Shown here: piece after piece, positions 38,001-48,938 of the stretch
Position numbering within the stretch: position 1 is the stretch's first letter
How the letters are laid out: the number at the start of each line of letters is the position of its first letter
Assembly: GCF_964204645.1 (NCBI RefSeq)
Contig: NC_134035.1
Location: 372,001 to 436,000 of the forward strand
Reading direction: 5' to 3'
Source: Tubulanus polymorphus
Taxonomy: Eukaryota; Animalia; Nemertea
DNA length: 64,000 bases
Notes under the pieces: generated by a model
What the model was told of the DNA's origin: nothing
Database searches by the model: none
Seen by the model: only the letters and a program-made list of their open reading frames with translations
Program-made: the position numbers and the translations under genes

Positions 38001-38468
38001 TAAGTCCGAAAGTGGTCTTAAATCTTAAGACTGGTCTTAAGTTGTTAGATTGGCTATAGAACCAAGTTGGTCTTAGACTGATCTTAAGTCTAAGCCCTGA
38101 CTATGGAACGGGCCCCAGAAAATGTTTCAGTTTTGAATATTGATTGTAACATCAAATGATAATCGGTCCCGGGTTCAATTCCACATTTAATTCAATATTA
38201 TATATAATATCTGTATCCTGGATGGTTAGTGAGGTGTAGTGGACGGTATCTTTGATGGGTTGGTATGAACGCCAACACCAGGGGGAGTGGGGGCGGGGGA
38301 TTTAAATCTAGCTCCGATATATCAATGAAATAGTGCGCACTATCTCAAAAATATCGATGACGTAGTGCACATCTACTCAGGTAAGTATACTAGGTATCAA
38401 TGTAGATACAGACATATTATTGGAACAAAAAAATGAATACTTACTATCTGCTTTCGTTTTGGAGCCAT
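15044..38468 (-). CDS. Micro-exon gene: 42 coding exons, about 746 aa, low-complexity A/T/K/P/R/E-rich putative nuclear protein with one KH-like module
   Basis: Each exon has a polypyrimidine-AG acceptor and a GT donor on the minus strand. In order: 38445-38472 (MAPKRKQI, ATG at 38468), 37885-37914, 37622-37648, 37135-37188, 36972-36995, 36725-36757, 36353-36376, 36167-36196, 35904-35930, 35432-35467, 35269-35292, 35012-35056, 34640-34663, 34454-34483, 34191-34217, 33764-33805, 33601-33624, 33355-33387, 32983-33006, 32547-32591, 29074-29154, 28587-28706, 27809-27835, 27682-27708, 27387-27449, 26805-26852, 26478-26513, 25475-25522, 25171-25197, 24882-24911, 24666-24698, 24236-24271, 23410-23463, 22451-22483, 21757-21789, 21615-21641, 21106-21147, 20373-20414, 19603-19653, 18788-18839, 15844-16079, 15044-15511 (stop). 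Exons 2-39 are all multiples of 3 and stop-free. The 52-nt exon 40 (phase 1) is exactly compensated by the 236-nt exon 41. Total 2241 nt. Confidence 0.85.
15844..16079 (-). CDS. Exon 41 of the micro-exon gene (VEPILIETVEDGPED...LWEGELRE)
   Basis: Acceptor attttacag, donor GAG|gtaagc; GC-rich; a paralogous copy at 8207-8436 has the same boundaries. Confidence 0.85.
16138..16375. mobile_element. hAT-like MITE
   Basis: CAAGGGCGGATCCAG...CTGGCTCAGCCCTTG; flanks TATAT/TAGAT. Confidence 0.6.
16934..17015. repeat. (TA)n microsatellite
   Basis: Direct reading. Confidence 0.98.
17036..17077 (+). ncRNA. Penelope-type minimal type I hammerhead ribozyme
   Basis: ACAC-CTGACGA-T-GATCTC-tagggt-GAGATC-GAAA-C-GTC-GTGT: conserved core, 6-bp stem II, palindromic ACGT stem III, GUC cleavage triplet, ACAC/GTGT stem I. 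Followed by AATAAA and adjacent to (TA)n. Confidence 0.75.
17630..17850. mobile_element. Head-to-head inverted Penelope pLTR fragment (108-bp arms, 5-bp spacer)
   Basis: 17630-17737 is the reverse complement of 17743-17850 except at one base; each arm carries the hammerhead motif. Confidence 0.75.
17745..17790 (+). ncRNA. Penelope-type minimal hammerhead ribozyme in the right arm of a palindrome
   Basis: TTC-CTGAAGA-T-GACTAT-taggat-ATAGTC-GAAA-C-GTT-GAA followed by AATAAA. Confidence 0.65.
18300..18590. repeat. Degenerate ~40-bp repeat (GAGTTAACTCTGAACTCAGGATCCAGTTCYACA)
   Basis: About 6 copies; the related GGAYCCAGTTCCACAG motif recurs at about 20500 and 42525. Confidence 0.8.
19735..20280. 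repeat. 39/41-bp intronic minisatellite, about 13 copies
   Basis: GAATAGCTCGGTAGGACC...TTCAGGGATTCTAYATGT; a shorter inverted copy lies at about 9675-9850 in the pseudogene. Confidence 0.95.
23891..24088. mobile_element. hAT-like MITE
   Basis: CAGGGCTGCCAAC...GTTGGCAACTCTG; absent from the paralogous intron at about 20950. Confidence 0.6.
24415..24514. repeat. (CCGA)n microsatellite
   Basis: Direct reading. Confidence 0.98.
25925..26388. mobile_element. piggyBac-like MITE
   Basis: TTAA-CCCATTAGCACTCA ... TGAGTGCTAATGGA-TTAA; an orphan right end lies at about 25368-25396. Confidence 0.75.
28587..29154 (-). CDS. Exons 21-22 (29074-29154, 28587-28706): degenerate KH-like module
   Basis: EIETVFELKLGTSLRASFQKTLTRKHP|QVMVDLPRVHAIVVVRGPKVAVDNCYEYAHELRDRLVAQE. 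The VVVRGPKVAVD-helix segment resembles the C-terminal strand-G-helix of type I KH folds; no GXXG loop. Confidence 0.55.
29612..30103. mobile_element. hAT-like MITE with 6-bp TSD
   Basis: CAGAGTTGCCACT...AGTGGCAACACTG flanked by TATATT on both sides. Confidence 0.75.
30590..30864. mobile_element. hAT-like MITE
   Basis: TIR CATAGGCGTCCCC / GGGGACGCCTATG; flanks AAAAC/AGAAC. Confidence 0.7.
31147..31345 (+). mobile_element. tRNA-derived SINE
   Basis: A box TGGCCAAGTGG and B box GGTTCAAACCC; no closed acceptor stem. Confidence 0.6.
32857..37945. repeat. Tandem triplication of a ~1.7-kb unit, each carrying 6 micro-exons
   Basis: Units start at caggtcaaaaacgataag (32857, 34514, 36227); near-identical introns; the leftmost unit lacks a ~56-bp segment. 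Confidence 0.95.
37974..38117. mobile_element. Short palindromic Harbinger-like MITE
   Basis: GGGGGCGGTTGCA...TGGAACGGGCCCC ends; internal CTTAAG repeats. Confidence 0.45.
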
Positions 38469-39813
38469 ATTTCTAGAAAACAAAATAGAGACATCATAAA
38501 CATTTGAGCGACGACACTTATCATCATTTGAAAATTGGCATATCGATTGTAAACAAATCCGCCAGATGACAGATCTGTAATCAGTCAGTGCTATGGAGGG
38601 TAGCCCTTGGGTTTTAATAGAAACAATTTCAGAGACAACACATTAACAACTTTCGTCAACGAATTCCCTTGAGAATCATCTGTATCAACCAGTTACAGAT
38701 GATTCTCAAGGGAATTCGCTGACGAAAGTTGCACTTGGTAAATACACAAAATATAAATGAATTACCCAAATATTTCCTTGATTTTAGGAAAATTTCCGAA
38801 ATTTATTTTTGGAAATATTTCCAAACTAGGAATTATCATTTCAAAATTCCAAAGTTTTTCCCAATTTCCGCGTTCTGTGGGAACCATGAGTATGCCTGTT
38901 TATCTAAGTGCTGAGGTGGAATTTTTTAAATCTTACATCTCCAGCACTTTCGAGTATTGATTAGTTCAATGAAATGCTTAACGCACCTTAAAATTTCAAC
39001 AAAATATTTTGTTTAGGGTTTCATTCAGTAAACCATCAGGCCATACATGCAGTTCAACAGTTTTGGACGCAATGGGATACCGGCAAGGCTAATGAATGAA
39101 TAAGACCCTAAAGATATTTTCTGTTGAAGACATTTTGAGGGCACCAACGATTCCCTACCATTTTTCATTACCAGTTGAAATTTGGTTTATTTCAGAATGT
39201 TTTAAATCTAAAAAACTGATCAAGAAATGTGGAACTGGGGGGTCCAGAACGGTGGAACTGGATCCTGATAGCCGCTTTAAATGAAATCTTTTTGACATTT
39301 TTGTTGAAGAAATTAAATTTGTGTAGGGTGCCAAAAATCCCAGATCAGTTATCCAAAGTAATACACACTAAATTTTTTATTTTCGTGTTTAAACTTTTCT
39401 CAACTTGGTCTCAACAGGACCAGTGAAACTGTATAGTCCAGATAAACCATCGTTTCTATATCCATCTGACACTGTTTTCAAAGGATTGTCAAAAAATCGT
39501 CTTTAACTGATTTGAATCAGAGAAAAGAGACTCCATTTTATGAACTAAATAAATTTTAACAATATGTTCCATGCCTACCATTTTAAATTATTTTCAAACC
39601 ATCAAGAATCATATTTCAGAGGCATGGAAACACAAGAAACATTTTGTTAGAATTTCAAAAATGGCTGATCTTTTGTAATTGCAACATGAGAAAATGAAGA
39701 CTTTTTGGCAATTCTTCAATATGGTGTAAAGTGGATGTAAATACAACTGTTTATTCAGACTGCACATTTTCACTCTGGTCGTATCGAGACCAAATTGAGG
39801 TGTTTTCAAAAGT

Positions 39814-40706
39814 TTAACCCCTTTAGTGTGTCTACAGCACAGTGTGGTATATAAATCAGTGATAGATTTTGCTAATTCACCGCACTGTGGTGTCTTGATG
39901 TAATAAGTAATTAGTTTTTATCTCTATTGAAAGATGACAGCACCTGTCAAACATAGTGAAATACTAGTACCGTATTTTCCGGCCAATAAGCCGATTTTCT
40001 AGCCTCAGATTTTTACCCAAAATATCGTGATCGGCTTATTGGGCGGATACGATCTGACATAAAAAATCACTTCCCGATCTATGCCACTCTAATGCTCTCA
40101 ATGATCGTCAAAATCAAGAAAAGTGGTCGATATTTATTGGAGGTCATTATTTACTACCAATTATAATCTATTTTGAACTATTTTATTTTTACTTTGATTG
40201 TTCCATCACCGCACAGCGGCAATGGTATACATTTATATAATGCGCGAGTTCATCGCACTACCACGTGTCAGTTCATACATTAGTATTTATGCAAATCAGC
40301 AGTGAGCCGCGTACTGCGTGTATAGTAATCAGCTGAGTGATTCTATATATAGCACAGTCACTCGGCGATGATAGTATACACAGCACTCTCACACATCGGC
40401 GGGCGCTACTGTCAGCCTCTTAAATGTCAATTAAGACGAACTAATTGACAAATCAGTGAATTAAAATCTCCGATGAAGGGCCTCGGCTTATTGGGCGAAG
40501 CTTTATGAAATCCATGTATTTTAGGCTAAAAAACTGCCCTTGGCTTATTGGCTGGAAAATACGGTAGCTAATGATACACCGCGCCGCGGTGTAGACGCAC
40601 TATAGTGGTATTCCCGTTATTCAACAAACTAGGGCAGAATTTTTCAAAATTTTAAAATTATCTCCAGCACTATAAGCTATTGATCAGTCAGCACTGAAAG
40701 GGTTAA
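39814..40706. mobile_element. piggyBac-like MITE (TTAA-CCC...GGG-TTAA) hosting the Tc2-like MITE
   Basis: ttaacccctttagtg ... cactgaaagggttaa; its right end matches 17161-17305 in inverted orientation. Confidence 0.65.
39970..40564. mobile_element. Tc1/mariner (Tc2/pogo-like) MITE
   Basis: TIRs CCGTATTTTCCGGCCAATAAGCC / GGCTTATTGGCTGGAAAATACGG with TA TSD. Confidence 0.85.
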
Positions 40707-40789
40707 GAGAAATATCACAAAGTAACGGATGTCATGCAAAAATTATGAAGACATCGGTCCATTCCGTTTCATGAACGTAAAAATAAAAC

Positions 40790-42475
40790 CCTGTAAATCA
40801 ATTCAACATTCACTAAATTCACCTGCATTAATGAAGAAATTTAAAATCGATTTTAAGTGTAAGATATTTTTTATGTAAGTGGGTCCTAGTCTAATTGGGT
40901 CTAACAGTCAGTTTCACAAAAATTTTATTGGCGAGATAAACTTTAGTTAATGATGAAATTTTATAATCGATTCTAAGTGTAAGGCTAAACAAAAATGATA
41001 CCTTGTTTCTCCGCAGCCGCCGGGTCATTTTTGTAAAATATGATAAAATTTATAAACAGTTCATTTCTATAGCGGCCGGGTCTGTTATGGTAAAATTGAT
41101 CACGATTTTTAAAAAAGTAATGTATAGGGTAGATAGGCGGCCGGCCGGGTCAACATTTAAGTTCAGCAGAGTGGAGAAACAAGGTATCAATTTTTTTTAG
41201 CCTAAGATATTCTTCATCTAAGTGGGTCCAAGCCTAATTGGGTCCAAGAGTCAGTTTCTCGAAAATTGTACAGCTATTTTCTATTTCGACTTGACTTGCA
41301 CATCAGGTGGCCTAGCTCAGTCAGTTTTAGTGGTATATACCTGATAGAAGTCTTATTAGGACCAGAAAGGACTGGCAGTTGACGAAAAACATTGTTTTCT
41401 GATCCATTCTACACTGTATTTAAGGATTGCAAAAAAAGTCTTCATTGAAAACAGTTAAAATAAAGAAAAGTTGCTCTATGATTCTAACATTCTAACAAAA
41501 GTGGCTCTATGATTCCAACATTAAATTCTAACAATTTATTTCCATGCCTACATAGCAAACTTCAGTTGCTAAGGCTTTTTTGTAATCATTTGATACAGTG
41601 TGCAATGGATTAAAAAACGACTGCCCCTCAGTAAGTTTAGGTAAAAGGGTCAAAAGGGTAAGCACAGATGGGCAGCTGATCTAAAAGCATCGGTTCCATT
41701 TAAACTGCATTGAGGGATAACCTAAATCTTCTTTAACTCAAATGATCTTCAATACAACGTAAAATGGATTAAATATCAAAGTTTAAGGTTGGCCGCCTAT
41801 CTGTGCCATCTCATTTGAGACAACAGGTTACGTACTACCAAAACTGACTGAGCTAGGCCACCTGATGTGCGGCCAAATCTAGTTGAAATAGAAATTAATC
41901 AAAAAACAATATTCTTTACCAACACTAATGGATACAAAAATCTTGTAAAACCAGGGCAACTAAAATCGGGGAAGCAATTTCATGACATAAATTTGACACC
42001 AAAATCTATTTCATGGCTCAGTATTTTATGAGAATAGATAATTCTAGAATATAATAATATTTTGCCTAGTATTTGTTGATTTGTATCAACATCATCCACA
42101 GCTAATAGTGATCTAAGGTCTCAGTGAGTTGTATTGTATTCAAACAACTGTAAGACATGCCGCTACATTTTGAGCAGCCAGGGTTTGACTAAGGGTTTGC
42201 CAGGGTTTGACTAGTTCGCCATCTAGTGGATACTATGAATTATGAGTGTCTATCGGATTAAATTGTCAGCTGGCAGATGAGCTTGGCAAGAAAGTTTTTC
42301 AAATCGATTCTAAAAATATTTACATTTAATACAGTTTATCTCACCAATAAATTTTTTGTGAAACTGACCCCTGGACCTAATTAGACTAGGCCCTACGTGA
42401 AGAAAATCTTACTCTAAAATCGCTTTTAAATTACTTCAACACGGGTGCATATTGAATCGATTTAGGATTAATTTC
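40790..42475. mobile_element. Diverged fold-back element
   Basis: About 40790-40975 is inverted at about 42300-42475; inner arms at 41297-41340 and 41833-41870. The core is related to fold-backs at about 12640-13170 and 39330-39810. Confidence 0.6.
40983..41202. mobile_element. PIF/Harbinger-type MITE
   Basis: ~30-bp TIR starting GGCTAAA, TAA TSD; an empty paralogous site gtgtaagatat at about 40857. Confidence 0.85.
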
Positions 42476-42928
42476 GTTTTGGGAAAATGTACCCAGGGTC
42501 GTATATTTCATATAGGCAGCTATCAGGATCCAGTTTCACAGTTCTGGACCCAGTTCCACAGTTGTAAGTTAGAGCTAACTGAGTTCATTTTCAATGTTTT
42601 AACTACAATCAATTTTGAACTCAGATTTAGAGTTCAGGTTTAAAGCAAATTGAAATGAACTAATTTTAACTCAAAGTAAACCAAAGATGAAACCGAGATC
42701 GAATGCTGATTTTCAGATGCAGCTCTCAATTCAGAATAATTCTTATCAAAATAATTTCTGATCTTTAGGACTAATGACCCTTCATTTCACACCCCTTAAC
42801 ACTGGACAAAAATGAACTCAGCTAGCTCTACCCCAACCTGGAAGCTTTGTTTATTTTCTACCCTTAGCTACGTATAAAGCTCGGGTCTAAAATCAAAACT
42901 TCACTTCAAAAACTTAGGCCTAGTTTAC

Positions 42929-43063
42929 AAAAAATGGCCACCGGGCTGAAGAGGTAGGAGGGAGAGGGATCGCCGCCGACGGGGCTTTGTTTCTTCAGTT
43001 TTCTTCTGCCGTTCGTTCGACCATCTCATTTTTTCAACCAGTCGCTGCTGTGATGATATTCTC
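42929..43063 (-). CDS. Possible upstream exon of the micro-exon gene (ATG at 43029, MRWSNERQKKTEETKPRRRRSLSLLPLQPGGHF)
   Basis: Acceptor tttctgcag, donor gtaaac. 101 coding nt (phase 2) joins in frame to exon 38445-38472 as TT+A AAT ATG GCT. Confidence 0.45.
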
Positions 43064-43352
43064 CTGCAGAAATTTGAGATCTCAAAAAGATCGGCCTCAA
43101 GAATATCGGCGGCGATCAGGATTGAGGAGCGGGATGGGTGCGGAAAGTGGCGCCATTTCAGACGACGGAATATCGAGTTAAAACATCGTCTGAAATATCA
43201 GTTTACATCAATAGATGATCGTCAAAAACTATTTCTACGCCGTCCAAACGACCTCTTCTGTGATATTGGCCGTAAAATCTACCGCAAAACGATCCGATTT
43301 AACGGATGTAAAGAGATTTAAATCGAAAAAAATCACCAACACGTTTACTTAC

Positions 43353-43580
43353 ATCGCTCGATTTAGCATGAATGATAATGCGCGCAACGGGCGAGCCAAT
43401 CACCGTGACGGAAACAATAGGATCCAATCAACGGAACGGATACTATCGGATGCCGGACCACGTGGTGTGTTTGAATCGGCGACACTCGGATACGGATTCT
43501 ATAACCGAACCGTCGAAATGATATATCATTATCAATTTCAATTGATGTATCGAAATATCAATTCGACTATCGATAGAAAT
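43353..43580 (-). promoter_or_regulatory. Putative core promoter and short first non-coding exon (about 43373-43353) of the micro-exon gene
   Basis: Inr-like TCATTC (43375-43370) about 20 nt upstream of a GTAAGT donor; two CCAATCA boxes (about 43396, 43424), E-box CCACGTGG (about 43458), DRE-like TATCGATA (about 43568); CpG-rich. Confidence 0.5.
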
Positions 43581-43746
43581 AGAAATGATTATATCGTAGA
43601 TCTTTTAATATCAGTATCGGATTTTTTTTAGATTTTACGGACGCCCGACGACCAAACAACTCACATCATCCTCGATTGCCAGGGGCCGGATGAAACGTTG
43701 AACGCGGACTGCGTATCGGCCATCGGCACTATCTAGGCTATGAACC

Positions 43747-44515
43747 CAGGGGCGGATACAGGGGGTCGCACCTGCGGCACGTGGAATTTGTGAAGTGCCC
43801 TTTTCAAAAAGATTCTCATGAAAATACAGCGCCTGCAAAATCCGACGTCCGGACCTATGAAATTAATTAGAATTTGAATTATTGCGGAAAAGGGCACTTT
43901 ATATTGCAAAAAATGGCACGTTTCATTGAATCAATTGCCAAAAGGCACGTTATATTGTCAAGAAGGGCACATATATTGCGAAAAAGGGCACGTTCATTTG
44001 CAAAAAATTTAGAAAAGGGCTCCAAAAATAGTTTGAAAAATCCTGTTATGGGCACGATTAATCTCCAAAATGAGGGCGCATGTGTTCAATCATATTACCG
44101 TACTGATGTGCTCTGACAGGGCACAACTCTGTGACTATCGGCACGTTCAAATTGCCAAAAAAATCCTAAAGGCACATTGTATTGCCAAAAGGGCACGTTC
44201 ATAAAAATTCAGAAAAGGGTTCAAAAATAGTTGGCTCAAAAAAATGACTAATAACTATCACATTCTAAAAGGGGCACATTCAAATTGCAATAAATACTAA
44301 GAGTGGTTTGTTATTGCCTAAAATTCAGACAAGGGTATTTTTGCTATTTTGATGCCTCAGATGCTCTGATAGCTGGGCTTCAAATTTTTAACTGATTCTA
44401 AACCCCTTGGTGGCTTCGTACCTTCGGTGCTCGCCTCGTCGTGGTAATACAAATCCGGACAGGTGCCCTCTTGAATGAGTGCTACCCCTTGAATTTGGGC
44501 CTAGATCCGCCCCTG
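43747..44515. mobile_element. hAT-like MITE with 5-bp TSD
   Basis: CAGGGGCGGAT...ATCCGCCCCTG flanked by GAACC on both sides; internal AAGGGCAC repeats. Confidence 0.8.
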
Positions 44516-44943
44516 GAACCGATACCAACCAAACACTTTCAAAAATAACTTGAAACCTTATTTAGAAATAATTGCGATTAAGATTTCATCCCCGGCTTTA
44601 ATTACTCTTGTTAGCTCATGTTTTATTAGTAAAAATGTTCATGTAAGTCCCAGACGAAGTCTCTTGATATTTCGGCTAAAACATTTACATGGTGTATTGT
44701 TTTTATATACTTGTAATCGATTCTAATAAATTAATCGATTTTCAATCGTCATTGTAATAATTTTGTTCTTTTTGAATAAATTTCTTTTTAATGTTTCGGA
44801 TAATTCTATTGATTTTCCTTGTGTAACAATGAGTGAATTGCTAGCTACCTCCTGAGGGAGAGACTCTCTTTAGTGCCTGCGGACCATGGGGGAGACCATG
44901 GGGGAGACCATGGGGGAGAACATGGGGGAGAACATGGAAGAGG

Positions 44944-47900
44944 CGTATCTCTTTAACACCCGTATTGCTCGGGTTAGTTTTACTACCAACGGGTGGCGCT
45001 GTATGTAAATTTCACATAAATCAACGACTTTCGGCTATAAGCGGTACATAAGACCACTTGAAAACATCATAGTCAATTACGGAAGTAGTGAAAATAAAAA
45101 GATACAGTACAAAGATACAGTACGGTGTACAGACATGATTCCATAGCACCCATACTAGAGACATTTTATTCAGACAAGGACTATTAGTTAAACATAATCT
45201 TCATGACATTTTCAGCAATTAATGATCTGTTGAATTAATTAGTAATTCGGTCTTTCGTTGGTTCGAGATAAAATGCCTCGAGATAAAATGTAATATTCAT
45301 TATCGTGTTTTATTATGAACTATTTTCAGTAAAGCCCATCCTTTCATCAGTCAATCTATTATTGTGCTGTATTTCTGTAGAATTTGCAGCGCACGACTTA
45401 ATTAGACTTAAAAGTGAAATCAGATACTGAACCGACAGAGCGTAACGAACGACTCGCGTGCCGCTTGTCAAAAGCCAGAATGATTCGCTGAAACGACAAA
45501 GCGTAACCGACTGGTTTAACGTGCACTTGGTGGGCTTCCTGGTCGTCCCACTTCGGTGCACACAAATTCACTCCTTTGAGGCAATCATGAAATTCAATTT
45601 CAGCTTTTAAAGCTCAAAGGAAAATAGCTAAAAGTTTTAGTTATTTCAAAAATGTTTAGCCGGTAAGAAGGTCAATTTTGACTCGGACACAAGCAAGATT
45701 TGGGTGCAGGTAGGTGGCCGTAGGATTTTCAACGCCAATGCGTAAATCAAAATTATCGCTTAAAATACTGAGCTCTATTAAAAAGCTGCTCAAAGATTCT
45801 ACGTTTGTTGAACGCTTTTTTATTACTCGCATGCCGCAGAAAGTGTCATATCAACCTCTACCGTCAAGTGCTGCCAAATAGCAGTGAAAACGTGTGGACT
45901 CCAGTTACTTATCAGAAATTATTGAAACATGAAACATGAAGCTAGGTCAATAAGCAATTTCTTTTTATGAATGACTTTAAGAAAACTGGAAAAAGAGAAA
46001 CATCTGTACCGGTATCGTACCGGTACATTTTTTTGCCATTATGAGAATGCCTGTTTGCTAGCGTATCTCTTTAACACCCGTATTGCTCGGGTTAGTTTTA
46101 CTACCAACGGGTGGCGCTGTATGTAAATTTCACATAAATCAACGACTTTCGGCTATTAGCGGTACTTAAGACCACTTGAAAACATCATAGTCAATTACGG
46201 TAGTAGTGAAAATAAAAAGATACAGTACAAAGATACAGTACGGTGTACAGACATGATTCCATAGCACCCATACTAGAGACATTTTATTCAGACAAGGACT
46301 ATTAGTTAAACATAATCTTCATGACATTTTCAGCAATTAATGATCTGTTGAATTAATTAGTAATTCAGTCTTTCGGTGGTTCGAGATAAAATGCCCGCAA
46401 AATAAGAACCTAACGAACCAGGGCTGACCACAAATTGCCCACCAGATAAATTTTCGAAACGACACAATCCAATCATGTTTGGTATCAAATGTGGCTCGGA
46501 CCATGGTCTATTAACTGACCACTGCATGACCAGTACCATATATAGTAAATTATTTGTTTTGCAAACAATCATGTTGTTTGGTGTCAAATAACTAGAAATG
46601 ATGTGGGCATTAATCTAAAAATTGTTTAACTGACCAATTATTGACCAGTACTGACCAGTTATCAGTGCTAACCATAACCCCCATAAGTAATTTATATGTT
46701 TAGTAAAGCCATAAAATCGTGTTTGGGCGTCGAGCGACTAAATCTGGCGCGGGCTATGATCTAACAACTATTTAACTGACCTATTTTTTTACCAATACTG
46801 AACTTTAAGTAATTTGTCTATTTTAGAAGCAACACAGTCGTGTTTGGTATCTAATAATTAGATATTGTGTGGGCTTTCATCTAACAACACTATTCCAACT
46901 GACCAAATCTTGACCAATACTGACCACATAGCTATATTTATCTGTTTCAGAAACAACTTAGTCGTATCTGGTATCAAATGATTTCATTTGGCCTGAACGT
47001 AAATATAACAGCTCTTCTAGATGTATAAGCTACACAAGTACTCTCTAATTACCGGTTAAATGTTTTTAGAAATGACACGGGGTTTTGCCTGAACCCTTCG
47101 TTAGAACTACTAGCTCTTATATTTAAATTTGTCGCTTGAAAAGTCTTGTCAGATTTTTATTGTAGGTAGCGAGCTAACTTTGGAATTTCCTATTAAAGTC
47201 TATCCCAGTGGTTATGATCGCGGTGCATCAAACAGTTCATATCATCGCAGATCTGGAACCCTGTGGTTTCTATGTGCTCAACCCTGCAAGTAACTGAGGT
47301 CAGGCAACTGCTACACTCAAGAGTGAATAATACTAAAGTTTTCCCATCCTGGTCATTCACTTCTCTTTATTCCTCTAGATTTGGTTTTTTCTTGTATATT
47401 CTCAAAAGTGCTGCCAAATAGCAGTGAAAACGTGTGGACTCCAGTCAGGTCCAGGCTTCTACTTCTTCTTCTTCTCAGAAATTATTGAAACATGTGAGAT
47501 TTACGGGCCCAAACCCGGAGCTGTGATAGACTGCTTGACGACTACAGAACCTAACGCTGTGTATTCTATACTACAACTGACTTTATTGTTCTCATGAAAA
47601 TGTTACAGTGCTAAAGATCGACAAGGGTCGCTTCAACTGGGTCGACTTAAGGTCGACTGTCTCTGACAAAACATGAAGCTAGGTCAATAAGCAATTTCTT
47701 TTTATAAATGACTTTAAGAAAACTGGAAAAAGAGAAACATCTGTACCGGTATCGTACCGGTACATTTTTTTGCCATTATGAGAATGCCGGTTTGCTAGCG
47801 TATCTCTTTAACACCCGTATTGCTCGGGTTAGTTTTACTACCAACGGGTGGCGCTGTATGTAATTTCACATAAATCAACGACTTTCGGCTATTAGCGGTA

Positions 47901-48938
47901 CTTAGGACCACTTGAAAACATCATAGTCAATTACGGTAGTAGTGAAAATAAAAAGATACAGTACAAAGATACAGTACGGTGTACAGACATGATTCCATAG
48001 CACCCATACTAGAGACATTTTATTCAGACAAGGACTATTAGTTAAACATAATCTTCATGACATTTTCAGCAATTAATTATCTGTTGAATTAATTAGTAAT
48101 TCAGTCTTTCGGTGGTTCGAGATAAAATGCCCGCAAAATAAGAACCTAACGAACCAGGGCTGACCACAAATTGCCCAACATAAATTTTCGAAACGACACA
48201 ATCCAATCATGTTTGGTATCAAATGTGGCTCGGACCATGGTCTATTAACTGACCACTGCATGACCAGTACCATATATAGTAAATTATTTGTTTTGCAAAC
48301 AATTAAGTTGTTTGGTGTCAAATAACTAGAAATGATGAGGGCATTAATCTAAAAATTGTTTAACTGACCAATACTTGACCAGTACTGACCAGTTATCAGT
48401 GCTAACCATAACCCCCCATAAGTAATTTATATGTTTAGTAAAGCCATAAAATCGTGTTTGGGCGTCGAGCGACTAAATATGGCGCGGGCTATGATCTAAC
48501 AACTATTTAACTGACCTATTTTTTACCAATACTGACTAATACTTTAAGTAATTTGTCTATTTTAGAAGCAACGCAGTCGTGTTTGGTGTCTAATAATTAG
48601 ATATTGTGTATGGGCTTTCATCTAACAACACTATTCCAACTGGCCAAATCTTGACCAATACTGACCACATAGCTATATTTATCTGTTTCAGAAACAACTT
48701 AGTCGTGTCTGGTATCAAATGATTTCATTTGGCCTGAACGTAAATATAACATCTCTTTTACATGTATAAGCTACACAAGTTCTCTCTAATTACTGGTTAA
48801 ATGTTTTTAGAAATGACACGGGGTTTTGCCTGAACCCTTCGTTAGTACTACTAACTCTTATATTTAAATCTGTCGCTTGAAAAGTCTTGTCAGATTTTTA
48901 AAGTAGGTAGCAAACTAACTTTGGAATTTCCTACTAAA
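44944..48938. repeat. Local segmental duplication: about 45866-47197 and 47406-48938, plus a partial copy at 44944-45290
   Basis: gcgtatctctttaacacccgtattgctcggg at about 44944, 46061 and 47798, with long near-identical continuations. Confidence 0.9.
47493..47668 (-). mobile_element. Solo LTR (176 bp)
   Basis: TG...CA ends with imperfect inverted termini (TGTGAGA/TCTGACA), 5-bp TSD AAACA, AATAAAG on the minus strand; absent from the paralogous duplicate at about 45930. Confidence 0.8.
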
